From NCBI GenBank assembly GCA_032654565.1, contig JAULAX010000009.1, positions 1-64,000 on the forward strand: a DNA stretch of 64,000 bases, in the 5' to 3' direction. Positions 18,323 through 28,799 of this stretch are shown one piece after another. Numbering within the stretch: position 1 is the stretch's first letter; each line of letters starts with the position of its first letter. The position numbers were made by a program, and so were the translations under genes. The notes beneath the pieces are model-generated. The model was given only the letters and a program-made list of their open reading frames with translations. It did not search any database and was not told the DNA's origin. Source of the stretch: Anaeromyxobacteraceae bacterium. GTDB lineage: Bacteria > Myxococcota > Myxococcia > Myxococcales > Anaeromyxobacteraceae.

Positions 18323-19780
18323 TCAGGCGGTCGCCCGCCCCTGCCGCCGCCGCTCCAGCGCCGCGTCGGCCGCCTGCGCCATCAGCTCGGCGCCCAGCGC
18401 CTTGTCGAGCACCGCGTCGGCCCCGGCCACCTCGAAGGTCCGCTCCAGCTCCAGGCTCATCCTGGCGGCCGCCACCACGATGGTGGGGCCGCCCTCCCCT
18501 CCGGCGGTGCGCAGCCGGCGGACGAAGAGCTCCCCGCCCCGCCCCGGCATGGCCACGTCGGTGAGCAGCAGGTCGAGCCCGCGGATCTCCTCGGAGACCA
18601 GCCGGAGGCCGTCGCCGGAGAGCGGGGCGGTGAGCACCTCGAAGCCCCGCTGGGTGAGGGCGTCGGCCAGCTGGTGGCGGAACGGGCCATCGTCGTCCAC
18701 CACCGCGGCGCGCCGGGCCCGGGCCGTCAGGTGGGCCATGGCGGCCTGCAGCGTGGCCTCGACCTCGGCGTCGAGCGTGAAGCGGACCCCCATGCCGTCG
18801 CGGCTGGTGAAGGCCACCACCGCCTGGGCGTCCAGCTCGGCGCCGTTGGGGAGCCTGAAGCGGAGCGACAGCGGCGCGCCGACCGGGAGCGGGCTGGCCG
18901 AGCGGACGAAGGCGCCCCCCTGCGAGAGGTTCTCGACGTAGTCGGCCTCCAGGTCCCGGTCGGTGGCGTAGCGGATGGTGGCCCCCGGCGGCCCGGAGGA
19001 GGGGGCCGCCGCCTCGGGCCCTGGCGCCACGGTGACCGCGGCCCGGACCGGGTAGCGGGGCATGCCCCGGGTGCTGGGGGTGGACGGGGGCGACTGACCT
19101 TCCAGCAGCGCCCTGACCACCAGCGCGGCCTCGGGGACGAGGAGCGTGAAGCCGGCCGGCCGCCCCGGCCCCGCCTGCTCCCCGGAGCGCCGGCCGGAGA
19201 TCCGCGCCCGCACGCCGACCGGCTTCTCCACCCCGGCGGCGCGGACCACCAGCATCACCTCGTCGCCGACGGGCAGCGCCAGCGGCGACGGCAGGAACAG
19301 CTCGCCGCGCAGGGGGTCGTAGGCCGCCCCGTCCCAGTCCGGCCCGCCCGGCTCCACCACCAGCATGGGGCGCTCGATGGCGGCGCGGCGGCGCGAGTCC
19401 GGCGCCCCGGCCGCCGTGAAGAAGTCCCCGGCCACCTCGAAGAGCGCGCCGGGCGGGACACCCGTCCGCTTCAGCTCGCTGCCCACCACGTGGAGCTGGA
19501 AGGCCTTCCGGTCCCGCTCCGACATCCCCACCACCGGGGTGGCCCGGCCGCCGGACCGCGCCGCCCAGAAGGCCAGCCGGGCCCGCAGCGGCTCGCCGAA
19601 GGCCTGCTCGTCGAGGCAGAGCTCCACCATCAGGTCCTGCGAGGCGGCGCGGTGGAGCAGGTCGCACTCCAGCAGCGCCGGGCCGAGCAGCTTGGGGAGG
19701 GAGCAGACCAGCCGCTCCGCGGCCAGGAGCCGGGGCCCGGTGGCGCGGGCGAAGACACAGAGGTGCTGGAGGTGGCTCAT
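18323..19780 (-). CDS. PilZ-domain protein with C-terminal receiver domain
   Basis: RGMPR and ENLSQGGAFV PilZ motifs; VVDDD...LLLTDVAMP...LDK receiver; start may be 19804. Confidence 0.78.
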   Translation of the reverse strand: MSHLQHLCVFARATGPRLLAAERLVCSLPKLLGPALLECDLLHRAASQDLMVELCLDEQAFGEPLRARLAFWAARSGGRATPVVGMSERDRKAFQLHVVGSELKRTGVPPGALFEVAGDFFTAAGAPDSRRRAAIERPMLVVEPGGPDWDGAAYDPLRGELFLPSPLALPVGDEVMLVVRAAGVEKPVGVRARISGRRSGEQAGPGRPAGFTLLVPEAALVVRALLEGQSPPSTPSTRGMPRYPVRAAVTVAPGPEAAAPSSGPPGATIRYATDRDLEADYVENLSQGGAFVRSASPLPVGAPLSLRFRLPNGAELDAQAVVAFTSRDGMGVRFTLDAEVEATLQAAMAHLTARARRAAVVDDDGPFRHQLADALTQRGFEVLTAPLSGDGLRLVSEEIRGLDLLLTDVAMPGRGGELFVRRLRTAGGEGGPTIVVAAARMSLELERTFEVAGADAVLDKALGAELMAQAADAALERRRQGRATA

Positions 19781-19998
19781 GGGGGAACGGGTAAAGAGAT
19801 TCATACCCGCGGTGGCGCTCGCCCGCCGCGAGAATTCTCGCGTCCCCTGGCCCGAGGCCGTCGGTGCCCCCACCTCGCCGGGCCGGACTGGCCGGACTCG
19901 CCGGACCGACCGGATAGGGCGCCCGGGGCTTCCCGGGCCTCCCGGAACCCGGAACGGACCCCTTGCCACCGGCCCACGACTGGCGTGACGCTGCGGCC

Positions 19999-20958
19999 AT
20001 GACCACGCCCGCCGACCCCAGGCCGATCCTCTACCAGGTGCGCGCCCTCCCCGGCGGCCACTTCGACCGGCTGGCCGCCCGCTTCGACCTGCGCGGCGGG
20101 GGGCCGCGCCCGGCGCCGCGCCCGGCCCTGCTGGAGGCGGCGCGCCACGCCGAGGTGCTGGTGACCAGCTACCTCGACCCCATCGACGAGCCGCTGCTGG
20201 CCGGCCTGCCGCGGCTGCGCCACCTGGCCTCCTACGGCGTGGGGGTGGACCACGTCGACCTGGCGGCCTGCCGGCGGCGCGGCCTGCTGGTCACCAACAC
20301 GCCCGGCGTGCTCACCGAGGCCACCGCCGAGCACGCCGTGGCCCTGCTGCTGGCGGCGGCGCGACGGGTGGCCGAGGGGGACCGGCTCATCCGGCGCGGC
20401 GGCTGGACCGCGGTGGACCCGGCCCTGCTGCTCGGCGCCGGTCTCGACGGCAAGCTGCTCGGCCTGGTCGGCTTCGGCCGCATCGGCCAGGCGGTGGCCC
20501 GGCGCGCCGCCGGGCTGGGGATGACCATCGCCTACACCTCGCCCCGCGAGGTGGCCTTCCCCGGGGCCCGCCGCCTGCCGCTCGAGGCGCTCCTCGCCGA
20601 GGCCGACGTGGTCTCGCTCCACGTGCCGCGCACCCCGGCCACCGAGGGGCTGCTCTCCCGGGAGCGGCTGGCGCTGATGAAGGACGGGGCCATCCTGGTC
20701 AACACCGCCCGCGGGGCGGTGGTGGACGACGCCGCGCTGGCCGAGGCGCTGCGCGACGGCCGGCTCTTCGCCGCCGGGCTCGACGTCTACCGGGACGAGC
20801 CCCGGGTCCCGGCCGCCTACCTCGACCTCGAGAACGTGGTGCTCACGCCGCACCTCGGGTCGGGGACCCGGGAGACCCGGAGCGCCATGGCCCTGCTGGT
20901 GGTCGAGGAGATCGAGCGGGTGGCCCGCGGGGAGCCGGCCCGCCACCCGGTCCCCTGA
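19999..20958 (+). CDS. D-2-hydroxyacid dehydrogenase (glyoxylate/glycerate reductase type)
   Basis: GVGVDHVD, TNTPGVLTEATAE, GFGRIG, VNTARG, GLDVY, PHLGS. Confidence 0.92.
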   Translation: MTTPADPRPILYQVRALPGGHFDRLAARFDLRGGGPRPAPRPALLEAARHAEVLVTSYLDPIDEPLLAGLPRLRHLASYGVGVDHVDLAACRRRGLLVTNTPGVLTEATAEHAVALLLAAARRVAEGDRLIRRGGWTAVDPALLLGAGLDGKLLGLVGFGRIGQAVARRAAGLGMTIAYTSPREVAFPGARRLPLEALLAEADVVSLHVPRTPATEGLLSRERLALMKDGAILVNTARGAVVDDAALAEALRDGRLFAAGLDVYRDEPRVPAAYLDLENVVLTPHLGSGTRETRSAMALLVVEEIERVARGEPARHPVP

Positions 20959-20969
20959 GGGCGCCGCCG

Positions 20970-22544
20970 TCAGTGGCGGAAGTGGCGCATCCCGGTCGCC
21001 ACCATGGCGATCCCGGCGGCGTCGGCGGCCGCCACCACCTCGGCGTCGCGCATCGACCCGCCCGGCTGGATGATGGCGGTGGCGCCGGCCTTGATGATCT
21101 CCTCGACGCCGTCGGCGAAGGGGAAGAAGGCGTCGGAGCCGACGCTGGCGCCGCGCACCGGCAGCTGCGCCTTCATCACCGCGGTCTTCACCGACTCGAC
21201 CCGGCTGGTCTGGCCGCCGCCGATGGCCACGGTCCGGTCCTGGCTGGCGAAGACGATGGCGTTCGACTTGACGTGCTTCACCACCTTCCAGGCGAAGAGC
21301 AGGTCCTTCCACTCCGCCTCGGTGGGGGCCCGCTTCGTCATCACCTTGCAGTCCTCCCGCTTCACCGCGCCCAGGTCGCGGTCCATCACCAGCAGGCCGC
21401 CGGTGATGGAGCGGAGCTCGCGGGCCTCCTCGGGGCGGCGGCGCCAGGCGGCGCGGGGCTGGCCGAGCCGCGGCGACTCCAGCAGCCGCAGGTTCTTCTT
21501 GGCGCCGAGCAGGGCCCGCGCCGCGGCGTCGTAACCGGGGGCGATGACGCACTCAAGGAACAGGTCGGTGAGCTGCCGGGCCGCCGCCTCGTCGACCGGG
21601 CGGTTGAGGGCGACGATGCCGCCGAAGGCGCTGACCGGGTCGCAGGCCCGGGCCCGGGCGAAGGCGTCGGCCAGCGAGCTCCCCAGCGCCACGCCGCACG
21701 GGGTGTTGTGCTTGATGATCACCGCGGCGGTCTCGTCGAACTCCTTCAGGTTGGCCAGCGCCGCCTCGAGGTCGAGGAGGTTGTTGTAGGAGAGCTCCTT
21801 GCCCTGGAGGATCGAGGCCCAGGCCACGGTCGGCTCCTCCGGCTCCTGCCCGGCCCGGTAGAAGGCGCCGGCCTGGTGCGGGTTCTCGCCGTAGCGGAGG
21901 TCCTGGGCCTTGGTGAAGACGGCCGCCAGCGTGCCCGGGAAGTGGAGCGGCGCCGCCTCGACGGCCTGGCGCGCCGTCAGGTACTCGCTGATGGCGGCGT
22001 CGTAGGCGGCGGTGTGGGCGAAGGCCTTCTTCATCAGGTCGAAGCGGGTGGCGCCGGAGAGGGCCCGGCCCGCCTCCAGCTCGGCGGCGACCCGCGGGTA
22101 GTCGGCCGGATCGACCACCACCCCGACGTGGGCCGAGTTCTTGGCGGCGCTGCGGACCATGGTGGGGCCGCCGATGTCGATCTCCTCGACGCACTGGTCG
22201 AAGGGCTTGCCGGCCGCCACCGCCTCGCGGAACGGGTAGAGGTTGACCACCACCAGGTCGATGGGCGGGATGTCCCGGGCCAGCACGTCGGCCTCGTCGG
22301 AGGCCAGGCCGCGCCGGTAGAGGATGCCGCCGTGGACGCGGGGGTGGAGGGTCTTGACCCGCCCGCCCAGGATCTCCGGGGCCCTGGTGAAGTCGCCCAC
22401 CGAGGTGACCGGCACGCCGGCGTCGGCCAGCGCCTTCTGGGTGCCGCCGGTGGAGAGCAGCTCCACGCCGAGGGCGACGAGGCGCTTCGCGAAGGGGACG
22501 AGGCCGGTCTTGTCGGAGACCGAAAGCAGCGCGCGGCGGACCAT
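20970..22544 (-). CDS. purH: Bifunctional AICAR transformylase/IMP cyclohydrolase
   Basis: [48 protein letters not shown]. Confidence 0.98.
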   Translation of the reverse strand: MVRRALLSVSDKTGLVPFAKRLVALGVELLSTGGTQKALADAGVPVTSVGDFTRAPEILGGRVKTLHPRVHGGILYRRGLASDEADVLARDIPPIDLVVVNLYPFREAVAAGKPFDQCVEEIDIGGPTMVRSAAKNSAHVGVVVDPADYPRVAAELEAGRALSGATRFDLMKKAFAHTAAYDAAISEYLTARQAVEAAPLHFPGTLAAVFTKAQDLRYGENPHQAGAFYRAGQEPEEPTVAWASILQGKELSYNNLLDLEAALANLKEFDETAAVIIKHNTPCGVALGSSLADAFARARACDPVSAFGGIVALNRPVDEAAARQLTDLFLECVIAPGYDAAARALLGAKKNLRLLESPRLGQPRAAWRRRPEEARELRSITGGLLVMDRDLGAVKREDCKVMTKRAPTEAEWKDLLFAWKVVKHVKSNAIVFASQDRTVAIGGGQTSRVESVKTAVMKAQLPVRGASVGSDAFFPFADGVEEIIKAGATAIIQPGGSMRDAEVVAAADAAGIAMVATGMRHFRH

Positions 22545-22664
22545 GGGTTCCTCCCGGGAAGGAGGCCCCGTTTACCAGCCGCGTGCCGGGGATTCAAGGA
22601 CGACGCGCGGCGGGCCCGCGGCGAGCGGGCCGGCCGGCGCCGGGCCGGTCACCGCCGGCGACCG

Positions 22665-23183
22665 TCAGTGGCCGTCGCGCCCGCCCAGCACCGGGTCGTT
22701 GGCGCGGGGCTCGTCGTCGACCATGGCCCGGAGCTTGAGCAGCCCGCGGGTCTCCACCTGGCGGATCCGCTCGCGGGTCAGGTTCATGATGGCCCCGACC
22801 TCCTCGAGGGTGATTCCGCCGCGGTCGGCCACGTCGAGCGCGCAGGTCTCGCCCATCTCCCAGACCTCCTTGTCCGGGAAGTTGAGCTTGATCGACCCGG
22901 TCCCCGGGTTGACGTCCAGGTAGAGGTGGTGCTTGCAGGAGATGAACATGCACGGGCGCGGACCGGTGGCGCACTGGGCCCGCGCGTGCGGCCGGCTGCC
23001 CTCGATCTCCCGCATCACCCCGTCGAGCTCGGGGTCGAGGACCCCGGACTGACGCTGCCGCCGCAGGTCGCGCGCGATCTCCTTGCGCGACATGGTCTTG
23101 GACCGGCGCCGCGCCCCGTCGGCTTCACCCTGCTCCGGCCCACCGTCCGACTCCAGCTCCTGGCTCCGCTTGGCCTCGCTCAT
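22665..23183 (-). CDS. asgB: Sigma70 region-4-like HTH regulator, probable orthologue of myxobacterial AsgB
   Basis: [22 protein letters not shown] sigma-4.2 HTH plus Cys/His cluster (C..GPRPC.FISCKHH); size and purH adjacency match my recollection of Myxococcus asgB. Confidence 0.7.
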   Translation of the reverse strand: MSEAKRSQELESDGGPEQGEADGARRRSKTMSRKEIARDLRRQRQSGVLDPELDGVMREIEGSRPHARAQCATGPRPCMFISCKHHLYLDVNPGTGSIKLNFPDKEVWEMGETCALDVADRGGITLEEVGAIMNLTRERIRQVETRGLLKLRAMVDDEPRANDPVLGGRDGH

Positions 23184-23231
23184 CCCCGACCCCTCCGTCC
23201 GCCACCGTTGCGCCGCGAGCGGCGCCCCCTG

Positions 23232-23780
23232 TCACCTGCCGACGAGCGCGGCCCCCGCGCCCGGGCCACGTGATCCGACGGCCTCCGCCGTCCCGATCGT
23301 CGTGACCGCACCACCGACCCGCTCCAACCTCCGGAACACCGCGCGCGCCTCGCGCTCGGCCCTGCCCAGCTCCGCCTCGAACTGCCGCTTGCGCGGATGC
23401 GCCCGCGCCTTGACGGCGATGGCCGCCACCAGCTCGGCCAGCCCCTGCTCGACGTCCTCGATGCGGTTGCGCACCGTCACGAAGCTGCCCCGGATGTCGG
23501 CCACGGTGTAGCCCTCGGCCATCATCCGCTTGATGAGCGCGATGCGGCGCACCACCGCCACCGGGTAGAGCCCGGTCGAGCCGGCGTGCTTGCCCAGGCG
23601 CCCGACCCGGCGGCTGCGCGGCAGCAGCCCGAGCTGGACGTACTTGCGGAAGGTCGAGGCCGAGAGCCGCGCCCCGCGCGCCTCGAAGAGCCGGACCACC
23701 TCGCCGGCGGTGATCCCCCCGGAGCGCTCGCGCTCCAGGCGGTCCACTTCTTCGGCGCTCAGTAAATCCATTCGATCCAT
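23232..23780 (-). CDS. MerR-like HTH transcriptional regulator
   Basis: STFRKYVQLGLLP...LYP...IKRMMAEGYTVADIR followed by a coiled coil. Confidence 0.75.
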   Translation of the reverse strand: MDRMDLLSAEEVDRLERERSGGITAGEVVRLFEARGARLSASTFRKYVQLGLLPRSRRVGRLGKHAGSTGLYPVAVVRRIALIKRMMAEGYTVADIRGSFVTVRNRIEDVEQGLAELVAAIAVKARAHPRKRQFEAELGRAEREARAVFRRLERVGGAVTTIGTAEAVGSRGPGAGAALVGR

Positions 23781-24090
23781 GGGTTTGAAAATCCAAAGTG
23801 GAAAACTTGATTTCGAAGGTAGTGGATCCAGTGGATTTCGTCAACGGGTCGCGGCCGGTTTCTGCACCGCCGGGGCGGCTGTGCCGTGATGGAGGGACAG
23901 GGGGAGAGGCGGCGGAGCCCGGGCGCGGGGCCCGGACGGGACGACCACGCCGCGGCGGGTCAGCGGGGCGGGGTCAACGGCGCCGGATCAACGCCTGGGG
24001 TCCGGCGCGGCCAGCGGCCAGCGGCTCGGAGCCAGCCACTCCTGGTCGAGCGCGGCACGGTCAGCGGCCAGCGGCCCGGGCTCTGGCGCC

Positions 24091-25530
24091 TCAGCGCTTC
24101 AGCGCCGGACGCCAGAGCTGGCGGCGCCCCGGCTCGACCGACAGCTCGAGCTCGGCGGCGCCCAGCGCCGGGTGCTCGACGCGCAGCCGGTGGTTGCCGG
24201 CGGCCAGGCGCAGCTCCTGGGGCGTCTCGCCGACGGCCACGCCGTCGACCCGGACCACCGCCCAGGGGACCACGTGGACCCGCACCACCCCCAGCCCCCG
24301 CCCGGCCGCGTCGGCGTCCACGCCTCCCAGCGTCCAGAGACCGTGGCCGGCGCTGGGCGGCTCCCCGGGCGCCGCCGGCTCGAGCGGCGCCGTCGCCGCG
24401 GCCGGCGTGGCCTCGGCGGGGCGGATGGCGAGCCGGTGCCAGGTCCACGCCGCCCCCAGCGCGGCCAGGACCAGCACGGTGGCGATGGCTCGTCGGCGCC
24501 GGCGCGCCGGGGCCAGCACGGTGACCTCCGGCTCGCCGGCCGGCGGTCCGGGCGGCGGCAGCGCCGACCGCGACGGCCGCAGCGCCGTCGGCTCCGCCGC
24601 CAAAGTGGGCAGGTCGCCGTCGGGCCAGAGCCGCTGCATCAGGCCGCGCAGGTCCTGCTCCTCCTGGTCCCGCGCCAGCTCCAGCCACTGGGCCGCCAGC
24701 GCCGTCCGCAGCGCCTCGGCCGAGCCGGTGCGCTGGTCCGGATCGCGGGCCAGCGCCGCGAGGATCAGCTGGTCCAGCGCCGCCGGCACCACCTCGTTCC
24801 AGGCCGAGGGCGGGCCCACCGGCTCGCCCTCCAGCAGCGCCGCCAGCGTGGCCGCCTCGGTCTCCCTCGCGAAGAGCCGGCGGCCGGCGCAGAGCTCCCA
24901 GAGCACCACCCCGAGGGCGAAGACGTCGGCGCGCCCGTCGACCGGCTGGCCGCGCGCCTGCTCGGGCGCCATGTAGGCCAGCTTCCCCTTCACCGTGCCG
25001 GGGTCGGTCAGGTCGAGCCGGCTGGCGGCCCGGGCGATGCCGAAGTCGGCCAGCTTCACCTCGCCCTCGTAGGAGATGAGGATGTTGTGGGGCGAGACGT
25101 CGCGGTGGACCAGGCCGACCCGCTGGCCGTCGATGCTGAGCCGGTGGGCGTAGGCCAGCGCCTTGGCCACCTCGGCGCCGACCTGGACGATGCGCGCCAG
25201 CCCCGGCCGGATCCCCAGCTCGCGGCAGCGCTCGATCACCCGCCCCAGGTCCCGGCCCCGCACCAGCTCCATGGCCAGCCCGAACCGGCCCCCCTCCTCC
25301 ACCAGCTCGAACACCTGCACCACGTTGGCGTGGTGCAGCCGGGTCACAAGCCGGGCCTCCTCCACCAGCATGCGGGCGAACTCGCCGGCGGCGCTGGCCG
25401 GGCCGCCCACCAGCTTGAGGGCCACCTCGGTGCGCACCCCCTCCGGGCCGGCCGCCTCGGCGCGCCAGATCTCCGCCATGCCGCCCGAGGCGAGCGGCGC
25501 GATCAGCCGGTACCTGCCGAAGGACTCCAC
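24091..25530 (-). CDS. Ser/Thr protein kinase with TM segment and C-terminal PEGA-like domain
   Basis: GGMAEIW, VALK, HRDVSPHN, DFGIA, APEQ; VVPWAVVRVDGVAVGETP...LAAGNHRL. Confidence 0.92.
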   Translation of the reverse strand: MESFGRYRLIAPLASGGMAEIWRAEAAGPEGVRTEVALKLVGGPASAAGEFARMLVEEARLVTRLHHANVVQVFELVEEGGRFGLAMELVRGRDLGRVIERCRELGIRPGLARIVQVGAEVAKALAYAHRLSIDGQRVGLVHRDVSPHNILISYEGEVKLADFGIARAASRLDLTDPGTVKGKLAYMAPEQARGQPVDGRADVFALGVVLWELCAGRRLFARETEAATLAALLEGEPVGPPSAWNEVVPAALDQLILAALARDPDQRTGSAEALRTALAAQWLELARDQEEQDLRGLMQRLWPDGDLPTLAAEPTALRPSRSALPPPGPPAGEPEVTVLAPARRRRRAIATVLVLAALGAAWTWHRLAIRPAEATPAAATAPLEPAAPGEPPSAGHGLWTLGGVDADAAGRGLGVVRVHVVPWAVVRVDGVAVGETPQELRLAAGNHRLRVEHPALGAAELELSVEPGRRQLWRPALKR

Positions 25531-25588
25531 GGTGGGTGGAGTGTACCGCTCCCGGGCGCCCGGTGTGCAGCCGTGTTAATGAGGGGCC

Positions 25589-27277
25589 GTGATCGCCGCC
25601 CTGCTCGCCCTGGCCCTCTCTGCCGCCGACCCCCGCCTCCCCATCCTCGAGGCCATGTCCCAGGAGCTGGAGCGGACCGCCGGCGGCCTGCGCATCGACG
25701 GCTACGACCCGCCCTACTTCGTGGCCTTCCAGGTGCGCGAGGTGAACACCGTGGAGCTGGCCGGGCGCGCCGGGGCGCTGGTGGGCGACGTGGCGCGGCG
25801 GGAGCGGCGGCTGGCCGTCGACCTGCGGGTGGGGAGCCACCAGTTCGACTCCTCCGGCGGCGACGACGTGCTGGTGATCGGCGGCGACGCCCCGACCTGG
25901 AGCGCGCCGCGCGAGGCCCCGCTCGACGACCAGCCGGCGGCGCTGCGGCAGGCCCTCTGGCTGGTGGCCGACGAGCGCTACAAGGAGGCGGTCGCCAGCT
26001 TCTTCCGCAAGCGCTCGCGCGGGGTCTACCGGCCCGACGAGCCGGGGCGCGCCCCCTCCTTCTCCCGCGAGGTCCCGGTGCGCCACGTCGGCCCGGCCCG
26101 GCCGCTCGCCCTCGACGCCGAGCGCTGGCGGCGGACGGTGCGCGAGGTCTCGGCCGCCTTCCGCGACCACCCCCACGTCTTCGACTCCCAGGTGCGCCTC
26201 AACGCCGACCGCCAGGTCCGCTGGCTGGCCACCAGCGAGGGGACCCGGCTCATCACCGAGCAGCGGCTCTACGCCGTCCACCTGCTGGCCTCGGCCCGGG
26301 CCCCGGACGGCCAGCTGCTGGAGGGCGGCCGCGACTTCTACGCCGACGACGAGGCCGGGCTGCCCGACGCCGCGGCCCTGCGCCGGGCCGCCGGCGAGGT
26401 GGCCGGCGAGCTCAAGGCGCTGGTGGCGGCCCAGGCCATCGACCCCTACACCGGCCCGGCCATCCTCGAAGCCGAGGCGGCCGGCGTCCTCTTCCACGAG
26501 GCGGTGGGCCACCGGCTCGAGGGGGAGCGGCTCGACGACGACAAGGAGGGGCAGACCTTCCAGGGGCAGGTGGGCCAGCTGGTGCTGCCGACCTTCCTGA
26601 CCGTGCTCGACGACCCGACGCTGTCCCGCGCCGCCGGCGCCGCGCTCAACGGCAGCTACGCCTACGACGACCAGGGGGTCCCCGGGCAGCGCACCGTGCT
26701 GGTCGACCAGGGCAGGCTGGTCGGCTTCCTCCTCTCCCGCCGGCCGGTCAACCCCTTCACCCGCTCCAACGGCCACGGCCGCTCGCAGGGGCTGCGCCCG
26801 GCCATGGCCCGCATGGCCAACCTGGTGGTGGAGTCCACGCGGATGGTGAGCGCCGCCGAGCTGAAGGTGCGGCTGATGGCCGAGGCGCGGCGCCAGGGCA
26901 AGCCCTACGGCCTGGTCATCCGCGACATCACCGGCGGCAACACCAACACCCAGTCCTGGGGCTACCAGGCCTTCAAGGGGACGCCGCGGCTGGTCTACCG
27001 GGTCGACGCCCAGACCGGCGCCGAGACCCTGGTGCGCGGCGTCGAGCTGGTGGGCACGCCGCTGGCCAGCATCAACCGCATCCTCGCCACCGGCGACACC
27101 GCCCGGGTCTTCAACGGCTTCTGCGGCGCCGAGAGCGGCTACGTGCCGACCGCCACCGTGGCCCCGCCGGTGCTGGTGGGCGAGCTGGAGCTGCAGCGGG
27201 TGGCCAAGGCGCTGGAGCGCGGCCCGGTGCTCCCCTCCCCCTGGCAGGCCCCGGCCTCGACCGGAGGCCGGCCGTGA
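25589..27277 (+). CDS. TldD/PmbA-family metallopeptidase with N-terminal signal peptide
   Basis: GVLFHEAVGHRLEG, DDPT, YDDQG, SNGHGR, RMANL, GFCGAESG. Confidence 0.85.
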   Translation: MIAALLALALSAADPRLPILEAMSQELERTAGGLRIDGYDPPYFVAFQVREVNTVELAGRAGALVGDVARRERRLAVDLRVGSHQFDSSGGDDVLVIGGDAPTWSAPREAPLDDQPAALRQALWLVADERYKEAVASFFRKRSRGVYRPDEPGRAPSFSREVPVRHVGPARPLALDAERWRRTVREVSAAFRDHPHVFDSQVRLNADRQVRWLATSEGTRLITEQRLYAVHLLASARAPDGQLLEGGRDFYADDEAGLPDAAALRRAAGEVAGELKALVAAQAIDPYTGPAILEAEAAGVLFHEAVGHRLEGERLDDDKEGQTFQGQVGQLVLPTFLTVLDDPTLSRAAGAALNGSYAYDDQGVPGQRTVLVDQGRLVGFLLSRRPVNPFTRSNGHGRSQGLRPAMARMANLVVESTRMVSAAELKVRLMAEARRQGKPYGLVIRDITGGNTNTQSWGYQAFKGTPRLVYRVDAQTGAETLVRGVELVGTPLASINRILATGDTARVFNGFCGAESGYVPTATVAPPVLVGELELQRVAKALERGPVLPSPWQAPASTGGRP

Positions 27278-27765
27278 GCGCGCTGCGGCTGCCGACCCTG
27301 GCCGACCTGCTGCTCCGCCCCCGCCGCGAGGCGCTGGCCGCCTTCTCCGCCCGCGGCTGGCGCCCCTGGTCCGACCCGGTGGCGCTCGACGCCGAGCGGC
27401 GCCGGCTGCTCAACCTCGACCTCTCCGAGCCGGACGTGGCCTTCACCGCCGGGGACTCGGTGCTGGCGGTGGCCCGCGTCGAGATCGACCTGGAGGGGCT
27501 GGTGGTGCTGGTGGAGCTGGTCGCCGCCGAGCCGGCCCGGCCGGCCCAGGTGGCGGCGCAGCTGCTCTCCACCGCCCCCGGCGAGCCCCGCACCGGCGGC
27601 GGCGTGGCGGCGCGCGAGTGGATCTGGGGGCCGGAGTCGGGCTCGACGGCCAGCGTGGGCGGCGAGCCGGTGCGGCTCTGGATCTGCGCCGAGCAGGCCT
27701 ACGGCGACCGGCTCTGGCTGACCGCCTCGGTGGTGCGCCGCCCCAGCGACCCCGACGAGGAGTGA
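27274..27765 (+). CDS. Hypothetical protein
   Basis: GTGA overlap with the TldD stop, GGAGG upstream, typical codon usage. Confidence 0.65.
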   Translation: MSALRLPTLADLLLRPRREALAAFSARGWRPWSDPVALDAERRRLLNLDLSEPDVAFTAGDSVLAVARVEIDLEGLVVLVELVAAEPARPAQVAAQLLSTAPGEPRTGGGVAAREWIWGPESGSTASVGGEPVRLWICAEQAYGDRLWLTASVVRRPSDPDEE

Positions 27766-27774
27766 GGGGGCCGG

Positions 27775-28656
27775 CTACTCCCCGCGCCGCCACCCCTGCC
27801 AGAGCACGTAGCGCCGGAAGTCGGCGCCGAACTCGGCCTCGCCGACGCCGAAGCTCTGCTCGAAGGCGCGCGCGAAGACCTCCCCGCCGCGCATCCGCTC
27901 CAGCGTCTGCCGCACCGGCCCCTCGCCGTAGCGCTCCACCAGGAAGAGGAAGGCGTGGTGGGCGGCGCCGTAGACCACCTCGGAGCGCTCCTGGTAGAGC
28001 GGCTCGGGATCGGCCAGCGGATCGCCCTCGGAGCGCTGCCCCCGCGCCGCCCGGACCCGGGCCGCCCCCCGCGAGGGCTCGCCGTCGCCGGCGCCGTCGG
28101 CCACCAGCCCCTGCTCGTAGTAGCGCCAGAGATCCTCCAGCGAGCCGCGCCGCGCCCCCTGGCCGGCGGTGACGCTGGCCATCCCCTCGCGGAACCAGAC
28201 CGGGATCCCCTTCAGCGACCAGGTCCACTCGGCGGCGGCCCGCTGGTACATGACGCAGTGGGTGAGCTCGTGGGTGAGCAGCTCCACCACCTGGGCGTCG
28301 CTGGCGCCGAAGAACCCCCAGCTGGTGGGCGACTGCAGCTCGATGCTGCCGTAGCGGGCCCAGGCCCGCAGCCAGTCGTAGCCGGGGCGCCGGGCCGCCG
28401 CCTCCAGCGCCGCGTGGGTGGGGTGGATGGTGATGGTGACCGGCACCTCGAGCTGGCCCCAGCGGGCGGCGCGGGGGAGCGCCAGCGCCGCCGCCCGGGC
28501 CACCTGCCGGGCCGCGGCGGCGTCCTCGGGCCAGGAGATCAGCTCGAGGCGTGCCTCGCCGATCCGGAGGACCTCGCGCCGGGGCAGCGGCTCGCCGGAG
28601 AGGCGCGGCGCGCAGCCGGCGGCCAGGGCGAGGAGGAGGAGCGGCAGTGGTCGCAC
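27775..28656 (-). CDS. Lipoprotein, zincin (peptidase MA-like)
   Basis: Lipobox LAAGC; HELTH zinc motif with downstream WFREGMA. Confidence 0.8.
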   Translation of the reverse strand: MRPLPLLLLALAAGCAPRLSGEPLPRREVLRIGEARLELISWPEDAAAARQVARAAALALPRAARWGQLEVPVTITIHPTHAALEAAARRPGYDWLRAWARYGSIELQSPTSWGFFGASDAQVVELLTHELTHCVMYQRAAAEWTWSLKGIPVWFREGMASVTAGQGARRGSLEDLWRYYEQGLVADGAGDGEPSRGAARVRAARGQRSEGDPLADPEPLYQERSEVVYGAAHHAFLFLVERYGEGPVRQTLERMRGGEVFARAFEQSFGVGEAEFGADFRRYVLWQGWRRGE

Positions 28657-28799
28657 CGGGCGTTCCTACCCTTCACGGCAGCGGTCGGCAAGCACCGAGC
28701 ATAAGGAATAGTCCCTATCGACTCTGGGATCCTGGTGGGCGCATAGTTTCCCCGAGGTGTCGGCCCCTCTCGTCAGGCCGGCTCGGAGGGGCCCACGGC

